DNA of 42,924 nt from Psammoneis japonica (taxonomy: Eukaryota). Within the stretch, counting starts at the first letter, position 1. Each line of letters opens with the position of its first letter. This document shows, piece after piece, positions 33,781 through 42,924 of this stretch. The stretch spans positions 62,001-104,924 of the forward strand of contig QPGO01000219.1 of the NCBI GenBank assembly GCA_008632985.1. The letters are read 5' to 3'. The position numbers and the translations under genes are program-made. The notes beneath the pieces were generated by a model, which was not told where the DNA came from, did not search any database, and saw nothing but the letters and a program-made list of their open reading frames with translations.

Positions 33781-36510
33781 TGAAGCGGTGCCGGCATGGA
33801 AAGACATTTTTTCAGTTTGTCGAACGTGCTTGTAGACTCGGAGTGCGCACAGAGCAACAGAACACGAACTTCAGCTGTTGCAACATGTTTTGTGAGAGAA
33901 CGTTCATCATCGTGAAGCTTGCGGCCCCCTCACCGCTGACCTTCACCAGCGTCTCTTGTGGTTTTGGCGCGTGCAAACCATCGTCGCGCTCTTGGGCTCT
34001 CCAGAGGTGTCTGCAGTGGGACAGACACTTCTTTCCAGCAGCATGTCTATGACCAATGAGTTGCAAAGACAAAGGAGGAAATCTGGGCAAGTGCGCTGGT
34101 CTTGAGAGTTCCTCCGCAAAACCTTTGAGCTCTGGCAAGAAGACCGTTTCCCGCATGAGGCCAAAGCATCGCCGATCCCCCAGCGCACACATTGCGGTCC
34201 AGGAGATGCTCCTGTCCCTTGCAGAGGTGTGTCTGTGTTCGAAGTCCCATCTCGCCAAAGAGTTGCAAAGACAAAGGAGGAGATCCAGGCAAATGTGCCA
34301 GTCTTGAGAGTTCCTCCGCCAAACCTTTGAGCTCTTGCGAGAAGACCCTTTCCCAAGGCCAAAGTGTCGCCGAGCCCCCAGTGCACACATTGCGGTCCAG
34401 GAGATGCTTCTTTCCCTTGCAGCAGCATGTCTGTGTTCAAAGTCCCATCTCGCCAATGAGCTGCAAAGACAAAGGAGGAGATCCGGGCAAACGCGCCAGT
34501 CTTGAGAGTTCCTCTGCCAAACCTTTAAGAGCTCTTGCGAGAAGAGTGTTTCCTGAGGCCAAAGCATCGCCGAGCCCCCAGCGCACACATTGCGGTCCAG
34601 CAGATGCTTCTTTCCCTTGCAGCAGCGTGCCTGCATTCTAAGTCCCATCTCGCCAACAAGTTGCAAAGACAAAGGAGGAGATCCGAGCAAATGCGCCAGT
34701 CTTGAGAGTTCCTCCGCTAAACCTTTAAACTCTTGCGAGAAGAGTGCTTCCAAAGCATCACCGAGCCCAAAGCGCATGCATTGCGGTCCAGGCGATGATT
34801 GTAAAGACAACTCATGGCAGCTGAGCCAAGAAATGGACAAAATGATGCGAGGCACATGTCAGCAAAATCAGTCCTCAAAGCACACGTTGGGGATTCATCG
34901 CCAGCATGGACGTGCGAAACATGTCGCAAACAAAGACACACCGGCATTGTTCATTTGGAGATTCATCACATGGCCCACCTGTGCAGCTTTCATGTGTGTG
35001 TTTCCGGAAGCTTGGAAAGAAGCATTGCAGAGAATGGCATGAGATGTTCTTCATTAAATTCGCAACAAGCGATCGGAACGTTGTGACTTCAAACGATCTT
35101 GCAAGGGGCCCGACGTCATTGCCAATGTCGTTGGAAGGAGTTGGTTGAAGCGGCGCCGGCATGGAAAGACATTTTTTCAGTTTGTCGAACGTGCTTGTAG
35201 ACTCGGAGTGCGCACAGAGCAACAGAACGCGAACTTCAGCTGTTGCAACATGTTTCGTGAGAGAACGTTCATCATCGTGAAGCTTGCGGCCCCCTCACGG
35301 CTGACTTTCACCAGCGTCTCTTGTGGTTTTGGCGCGTGCAAACCATCGTCGCGCTCTTGGGCTCTCCAGAGGTGTCTGCAGTGGGACAGACACTTCTTTC
35401 CAGCAGCATGTCTGTGACCAACGAGCTGCAAAGACAAAAGAGGAAATCCGGGCAAATGCGCTGGTCTTGAGAGTTCCTCCGCAAAACCTTTGAGCTCTGG
35501 CAAGAAGACCATTTCCCGCATGAGGCCAAAGCATCGCTGATCCCCCAGCGCACACATTGCGGTCCAGGAGATGCTCCTGTCCCTTGCAGTGGTGTGTCTG
35601 TGTTCGAAGTCCCATCTCGCCAAAGAGTTGCAAAGACAAAGGAGGAGATCCAGGCAAATGCGCCAGTCTTGAGAGTTCCTCCGCCAAACCTTTGAGCTCT
35701 TGCGAGAAGACCCTTTCCCAAGGCCAAAGTGTCGCCGAGCCCCCAGCACACACATTGCGGTCCAGGAGATGCTTCTTTCCCTTGCAGCAGCATGTCTGTG
35801 TTCAAAGTCCCATCTCGCCAATGAGCTGCAAAGACAAAGGAGGAGATCCGGGCAAACGCGCCAGTCTTGAGAGTTCCTCCGCCAAACCTTTAAAAGCTCT
35901 TACAAGAAGAGTGTTTCCTAAGGCCAAAGCATCGCCGAGCCCCCAGCGCACACATTGCGGTCCAGCAGATGCTTCTTTCCCTTGCAGCAGCGTGCCTGCA
36001 TTCTAAGTCCCATCTCGCCAACGAGTTGCAAAGACAAAGGAGGAGATCCGGGCAAATGCGCCAGTCTTGAGAGTTCCTCCGCTAAACCTTTAAACTCTTG
36101 CGAGAAGAGTGCTTCCAAAGCATCACCGAGCCCAAAGCGCATGCATTGCAGTCCAGGCGATGATTGCAAAGACAACTCATGGCAGCTGAACCAAGAAATG
36201 GACAAAATGAGACGAGGCACATGTCAGCAAAATCAGTCCTCAAAGCACACGTTGGGGATTCATCGCCAGCATGGACGTGCGAAACATGTTGCACACAAAG
36301 ACACACCAGCATTGTTCATTTGGAGATTCATCACATGGCCCACCTGTGCAGCTTTCATGTGTGTGTTTCCGGAAGCTTGGAAAGAAGCATTGCAGAGAAT
36401 GGCATGAGATGTTCTTCATTAAATTCGCAACAAGCGATCGGAACGTTGTGACTTCAAACGATCTTGCAAGGGGCCCGACGTCATTGCCAATGTCGTTGGA
36501 AGGAGTTGGT
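33781..36510. repeat. Tandem duplication of a 1365-bp unit (33781-35145, 35146-36510), each containing about four ~200-bp subrepeats
   Basis: tgaagcgg(t/c)gccggcatggaaagac at 33781 and 35146. Subrepeat anchor (t/c)tgcaaagacaaaggagg at 34061, 34263, 34461 and 34661, and again at +1365. Confidence 0.97.
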
Positions 36511-37215
36511 TGAACGGGCTGGCATCACTTCTCGTTTTACCAACATGGACAGCTTCGAGATTCCCACCCTGGCGAACCCAAGAAGCCAGCAATTCACGTG
36601 GTCGGTGCAACAACGGGCCATGAACAAGCACTTGTGTCTTTTCGTTATTTGTCATGTTCAAATTTTCCATCGAGGCTTCACCTTGAAGCCATCGCTCAAT
36701 GTCTGCGTGACAGCAAAAACGCGTCAATCCTCCGGCACCAAATCTGGCCTGTTCGCGACACATCTGAGGAAGCAGCTTGACATTGTTTCTCCATGATTCC
36801 TCTCTTCGACTGTGGAGTCAAAGCTGTGTTGGCTTTCTTGATGATGAATTTTTTTCAATGATGAGAGCTGCCAGCAATTGCCTTTGCCTGTTTCGTTCCA
36901 AGATTCAATTCTTCGTGTGAGTTGCTTCTCGGACGACGGACGCTTCAGAGCAGGCAAGCAGCGTGCCAGCACTCCAGAGGCCGTGAGTGTGCAGCAGTAT
37001 TTGACAATGACAAAAGCTTGTAGCTTGACCAGCATCAGCAACAGCCAGCACCACGGGGGGTGCCTCATTGCAAATGTGAGAGACGAAAGATGACACAACT
37101 GCGTTCCAAGCCTGCCCTTTTTCGTTCCAAGCCGTTTCACTTTCAAAAATGAAAAATTGAGCAAGAGCAACTCCAAGAGGGCGATGCTCTTGTTGTGGCA
37201 CGCTTTGTCAGTTCT
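33781..37215. other. TpA-depleted but largely CpG-retaining tract III
   Basis: TA is rare and mostly TTA/TAA, while CG is still common (e.g. tcgtcgcgct, ggcgcgtg). Confidence 0.85.
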
Positions 37216-37339
37216 TCTACTACATGTTTTCGCGATTACTCTCTAGCTAGAAATGACAGCATCTGCATGGGCGATGGATCTTTTGGATCTTGAATTTTTT
37301 TTTGAAGAATCCAAAAAATTCAGTCTCAGTCCATTTTTT

Positions 37340-37520
37340 CCATATGCATAAATACATAAGAACATTTTATTATAGATATAATTATTAATGTATTATAAAT
37401 ATGTCTAGCCAAACAGCCGTTGTGGAAAGATTTCTAGTTGTACATTTTTTATAAAATTATTTCAAAGATAAGCCTAAACGTTTTTATCATCATATTCATA
37501 GTTAATATTATAATCACTCC
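37340..37520. other. Very AT-rich intergenic tract upstream of the TPR gene
   Basis: Dense in TA (tattatagatataattattaatgtattataaatat), directly abutting the TA-free tract III. Confidence 0.6.
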
Positions 37521-37692
37521 TACTGTAGATACGATAATAAAAAGATGCTCAACCGCTCGATTTTGCGCCCCCAATAACAGGGACGTGCGACGACCGACGA
37601 TGCTGTTATTCCTCACCCGTACCCCCCCACCTACCTACCCTCCCTGACAACCGCAATAAGCCAAGACAACGACAGAGCCGACGGTATCAACC

Positions 37693-40600
37693 ATGTCGGG
37701 CGACAATGACGACTACGACAAGACTTATTCTATCCATCCACCTCGTATTGTAGTTCTTTCAGAAGATGAAGAGCAACCGCCGTCCCCGTTGGACTCTGAA
37801 TCGGACACGCCTCGTCATTACGCGCTGGACGATGAACTCTGGGACACGTCGCGCCGTCCTCTCGAGCTTTCGTCGATTGATGGGGCGTCCGCAGGAGCTT
37901 TGCTTCAACCCATGGGGATGAGATCCTCTCGTGTTCGGTCATCTCCAAAGCCGCCACGGTTTCGAAAGAAGGCAGAGACGATCAAAGATGACGCAGTCGA
38001 TGAAGACGACAGCAGTGAAGCAGAGGAAGAGTCTGATGAAAGCAGCGACAAGGAGCGGAAAACAAAGCGAGCGTTGATCCCGAAAGCAGACGATGCTGAA
38101 AGAACCATACAAAATGACGGTTTGAATCGAATTGCGCACTTACCGCGGCCAAGAAAGGAAGCAGTGATGCTTACCGATAGCACAAAGAAGGAAGCTGTGA
38201 TACTTTCGGATGGTAGTGAGCCGAGAGAACGAAGAAGAACCAGTCGGCTATCTAAGGAGAACGAGATTTCTCAGAAAAGAACTTATCGTCTTACACCCTC
38301 AGCGGACTCGAGGCCGCTTGACGAGCACCAGCATTTGAACGATTCGGCTGTGAGTGGGTATGACAGCTCTCGTCGCCATGCTCGCGACGAAACTGATGCT
38401 TCAGAGGAGACGGAAACTGCCGAGAATTCCAATGTTTCAGAAGAACGCAGAAGTACTCAACAAACTAAGCACAAAAAGGAACTCAAATCTCGAGAGCGGG
38501 CAACAGTTTCAGAAGAGAAACCTGAATCAAAACCTCCTCTTCCCACTATGAGCAAGCCGACGCCAATGGAACGACCTGATCCTAATCTGGCACCCGCGGA
38601 CGAAGTCACGTCGAACAATGCATTGCTTCTCAGAAATGCACAAGCACTAGAGTCGTCGGAAGTTTCAGCGCTTCAAGTAGACACGGAAATATCGGAAATC
38701 AAGAAAGGCATTGAGGAGTTGGAAGCTCTTTTGGAGGCTGCGCGAAAAGCCGAAACAGAGGCTTCCAGCAAAAAGAATACAAAAGAATCTGATACGGAAA
38801 AGGTCCCAATGAAAAACGAAGGTCTGACTGACTCCATAGAACATGCTGACAAGGAGAGCAGAAATACCGTGACCACAGCATCTACCCAGTTTTTAAAGAG
38901 CGACGGTTCCCACCAAACTTCCGTCACTGCCAGTATAAAGAGTGACGAAATTGAACAGAACGACAAGGACGCATTTTCATCCAAAGCGGTATCTGCGGCA
39001 CCAAGTAATATGAACGCCGCACAGCTCAACGAGGAGGAGGAAGAGACGGAAGAGGAAGACAGCAATACAGACGTTGCGTCTACTCTGGCGGCTGGTTTCT
39101 CTGAGGCTGCGGCATTGACCCTTTTATCTGCGGGGCAGACAGTAGAAAACCTTTTGCTCGGAGAGGCCGAGGCATCCTCCGAAGACGTACCCGTTCAATC
39201 TGAACATTCAACTGCAAGTGCCCCGCGAGGCGCGCGAAGCCCAACAGGCATGCAAAATAGTTCGGGTGTCACTCGTGTTGTCAGGGACACCGGCGAGACC
39301 CCTGAACCGAAGGACAAAGACTCAAAGGAGGAACTGAAACTGCAATCATATAGAACAGAACAAGGCATGGACGATTACTCCCCTCCTTATAAAGACGAAA
39401 CAAACGAAAGAGCGAACCGCCGAGATTCTCCTGCTTACCCAGAGCAAGGGCTACCAAGGACCAGAGGCCACTCCAATTCAAAAGACAATAGCTCGCTACG
39501 GAACTCTCAGATTACTCTTTCAACGACGGCTTCGGCTTACGACGAGCATAACTCGGGAGCACTGCGAAGGGTCAAGAGCCGTGACGACTCGTACACTTTG
39601 ACCCCACCCCTTCCTCCCAGACCAGCAGGTATCACCCGAGGCACCTTGCAGCCGTCTGAATCACCAATACAGCTTGATAATGATGCGACTGCAGCTGGTG
39701 GTCTGAAAACGAGGTATGGAAAAAATAGAACTCCTACCCGATCAGGTACAGCAGAAGAGTTAGCCGACGCTCGTAGCCATTTGGATGAACGTGCTGTGCT
39801 GTCTGGTGCATTCTCGCGAAAGTCATCATTGAATCTAGGAAATAATTTGGAGACCAGCGCAAGGTCTTGGGACGAGAAACAGGCCAAACAGACCATCGAC
39901 GGCCACGGCGATCACCAAAGTCCTTCTCAGCAGGCTATCTCCGGGTACAATGTTGGACTGCAGGTGTCACCGCGTCGCCCAGATTCTGCCAATAATATTC
40001 TCTTACCCAAGCTGAACGATGAACAGATGGTGACACCCCGTGCTCAGACAGTGTCGGGGGGCATGGCTCACGACCGAAGTTATGTCAAGCCACAGCTTCG
40101 GACTTTTTCGCCTTCTCGCGCCTCCTACGATACGCCTCCAACTACAAGCGCGCCTCCAACCGCACCCTCAGATGAACGCGCCGTCAGGCGGAATGACACT
40201 GCCCACAAACCACTCGAGCCTAGGTTTTCTCCTTACAAGGACACAAACGCTGACAACAGGTTGGATCCGGCTGTGCTGAAGACGGCTTTAAGTGAGGACT
40301 CGCAATCTGTACAGGAGGTTTCAAGTGTCATGTCCTCTCGTGGGAGAGCCGATTCCCAGTCAGAGATAGACAGCCCTCATAGATTGTCTCGTGCGGACGA
40401 GTCGGAGTCGGAGTCGTATTCACGTCAAAAGGTAGGAAAGGCCTCCTTGTCCGCTGTCTCAGCAATTGGCGAGCACTCTGGTCTTGGCGAATCTGAGTTC
40501 GTCGACTTTGGTCGCGATGACGAATCTATCATTCCAAGCCAATATCTGGCCTCAGTCGGTAGATCTCTCGTGAGTGAAACGAACGAAATTGGCGCTTCGT

Positions 40601-42261
40601 CAGAACCCGAAGACGCAAGCATCGTTGCTCCACTCACTGCGAGCCATGGTGTTGCTAGTGGCGATATTATGCTCTCACTTTTGGATGAGAGTGGGGGGCA
40701 ATCTGGATCTGAGATCAAAGGAAAGGACAAGGTACATGCTGCAATATGGAGGATGCGCGATCTACGACTCAGACACAAAAAAAGCCAACCGCAGTCCTCC
40801 TCACACAATTCTCCTCCTAGGAAGATTAATGTCCCTGGTGACGTTGACAGAGGCCGAGGTGTCAGAGGTATCAAGCATATTAGAGCACTACAAAATGCTG
40901 CAGTCTCTCATTTGGAGGTGAGTTTCGCGATGTAAGTTCAAAACAATAGCTTAAACAATGTTTCTGAGCATTTGCTCTCGCTCCGCAGGTCGGTGAGTTT
41001 GATGAGTGCATCGAGACATACGAAGATATAATTTTTGCCTACACAGAGTCTTTAACAAGATCGGAGGATCTTGCTACCGGAAAGAAGTCTCATGCTTCAG
41101 ACCAGGGGCAGGAGGACTACGTTTCTCATATCGGGGTTTCGCTCCTGAACATCGGAATAATTTTTATGCTGAAAGACGATTTCGAAGAAGCCAAGTCTTT
41201 CTTCAATAAGGCGTCCGCCATGTTGAAAACGTCTGTAGGAGAAAGTCATCCAGATTATGTGGTAAGGCGGATATGTAAACGTCGAATGTTGCACTTTCAC
41301 ATGTCCAGCACTGACTTTTTGTTTCGCCTTCGTTTCTCTATTTAGACGTGTTTGGTCAGATTAGCAATGTGTAACTTTGCGCTCGAAGATTTCCCGGAGT
41401 CTCACCAGATGCTAGACGAGTCTCTCGCTCTAGCGAAAGGCAAGAACAAGAGTCTGTCGGATGTCGCACAAATCGGAGAGATTTTGAACAATCTAGGGTG
41501 CTTATCTTTCATGAGCGGAAGTAAACCGAAGGCAGTGAAATTTTTTAAGGAATCGTTGGAAGTTCAGTTCATAGGCTTGAGCCAATCGCTTTACGGACTT
41601 TCGGCTCATGCGAGAGATGCGATCTCCCTAAATATCTCCATAGCGAGAGCGAATGTTGCATACATGAAGCTTGTCTCCAAAGATATCAAGGCGGCTGTTA
41701 CAGGGTTTGAAGCAGCGTTAATGGTTCGTGACAGACGCGTCTTCATTTTCACTCTTTTCGTTCGCCCCGCCAAACTAATGTTTCCCACGCTCTTCTGTAC
41801 AGCACCAACAGTTGATTCTGGGCGACGCAAATAACACTGTTGTTGCAACGATGGACAATTTAGCAATAGCTAACCTTCTACTCGGAAAGAAAGGAAAAGC
41901 TCTCCTTGTAAGTTATCATTTACGGTGTCTTATAAGAATTTGTCTCCGTGGCGAACCGTGATTGGACCTATGCATCTTACCTTGTTCGCCTCGCCTGTCG
42001 TCTGAGTAGATGCTGAACCGAATTCTGTACGCACAACTTCATGCATATGGACCGGACGACCCAAGATGTTCCGTTTCACTTCACAAAATCGAAATGATTA
42101 AGACGCGGGAAAAGGATATCGTCGATCGTATTTCGAAGGCTAACAACGATACCCCAGACCGCAAGGCACGGGTCCAGAACGATGCTTCGCATAGGAAAGC
42201 TCAGAGAAAAGGATTCAGTTTGCGCAGTTCTTTGAGACTGAAGAAGAATCCCGGCAAGTGA
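37693..42261 (+). CDS. Large protein with disordered acidic N-terminus and C-terminal TPR (kinesin-light-chain-like) repeats; exons 37693-40917, 40989-41261, 41346-41723, 41803-41907, 42010-42261
   Basis: Four GT-AG introns keep the frame. TPR motifs LLNIGIIFMLKDDFEEAKSFF..GESHPDY, EILNNLGCLSFM..AVKFFKESLEVQ, ATMDNLAIANL and YGPDDPR. Confidence 0.85.
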
Positions 42262-42380
42262 GACTGCAAGGAAAGCGCGCAAAGGACCGTCATCTGTCAT
42301 GATGCACATGCCAACAGCGTCCACCGACTGAATAGCTGCAGCTAAAGGCTCTTATAGTTATGAATTTCCTACCATTCTCA

Positions 42381-42923
42381 TTACATGAAAACGATGTTGT
42401 GCTCCTTTGCTACACGCGGATCATTGGCATCCTTCAAGATAGCACGAAACCTTCCGACCAAGTAGTCCTCTGCAGAGATCTCTTCATACGATGGTTTGGG
42501 TCCGCAGTCATCTACAACTCGAACACGAGAAGCCACAATGTCGACGTACGAGTCCTTTCCTTTTTTCTCCTTGGACGCTTTTCTGCCGCGGCGGCTTTTG
42601 CGTGAAGTTTTATCAACCTTCTGCGCTGCACCAGGTGCTTGGTTGTCTTCCTTCGTATGCGTTTGACCACACGAGCTTTTCGCGTCTTCCGAAGGAGTCG
42701 ACGTGGCAATCTTCTTCTTGTTCGCCTTCTCTTTTGAATGAGGCGCCTTGACGTGGCCCGACTGATCGTCTTGCTTCCGATTTGATGAATTACAATTTCC
42801 CGGAGAGGAGGCTGAAGGGGGGGAGTTCTCACCTTCACTTTCAGGTTTCTCATTCTTCGCATCGACGCCGGTGTTGTTTGGGGAAGACTTCGCCGCCGCA
42901 GCTTTCTTTTCTCTTTTTGCCTT
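42381..42923 (-). CDS. 3' end of a Lys-rich hypothetical protein (5' end outside the window)
   Basis: Open frame from the window edge, KAKREKKAAAAKSSPNN...SAEDYLVGRFRAILKDANDPRVAKEHNIVFM*, with TAA at 42381-42383. It is absent from the ORF track, apparently for want of a start codon in the window. Confidence 0.65.
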   Translation of the reverse strand, partial: KAKREKKAAAAKSSPNNTGVDAKNEKPESEGENSPPSASSPGNCNSSNRKQDDQSGHVKAPHSKEKANKKKIATSTPSEDAKSSCGQTHTKEDNQAPGAAQKVDKTSRKSRRGRKASKEKKGKDSYVDIVASRVRVVDDCGPKPSYEEISAEDYLVGRFRAILKDANDPRVAKEHNIVFM

Positions 42924-42924
42924 T

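Noticed and set aside
34030..34800. Helicase-associated (HA) or ankyrin repeats in the 200-bp units
   Set aside because: No matching consensus residues in the frames I read, and the unit lengths are not consistently multiples of 3.
33781..36510. CRISPR array or LTR pair
   Set aside because: The ~200-bp units are similar along their whole length with no unique spacers. The 1365-bp copies are directly adjacent with no internal gag/pol and no TG...CA termini.
33579..37249. Inverted 10-mer tagctagaga / tctctagcta flanking tract III as TIRs
   Set aside because: Too short, no target-site duplication, and a similar word occurs near 5388.
42512..42862. Arg-rich protamine-like ORF from the track
   Set aside because: It is an alternative frame of the longer open frame 42923-42381.

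Overview
Eukaryotic nuclear DNA, most likely a diatom/stramenopile (compact genes, short GT-AG introns, bipartite signal+'AF' plastid presequences). Ordinary genes: a hypothetical protein (497-2095), Enhancer of Polycomb-like, PP2C, a PPR protein, a 2-TM/SAP protein, GidA/MnmG, an NAD(P)-binding epimerase-like protein, a TPR protein and several hypotheticals. The main observation is three bounded tracts (~2470-5235, ~7180-17520, ~33781-37215) that hold degraded transposon/gene relics and tandem repeats and have lost nearly all TpA dinucleotides. The two older tracts have also lost most CpG, with TpG/CpA gained instead. Duplicated segments with an intact source in the window show the direction: TA->CA/TG and CG->CA/TG. 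TpA loss extends beyond, and appears to precede, CpG loss, and it spares TTA/TAA. This looks like a repeat-targeted hypermutation process running opposite to fungal RIP. The pattern is seen directly; the mechanism is inference. Counts are manual and approximate.
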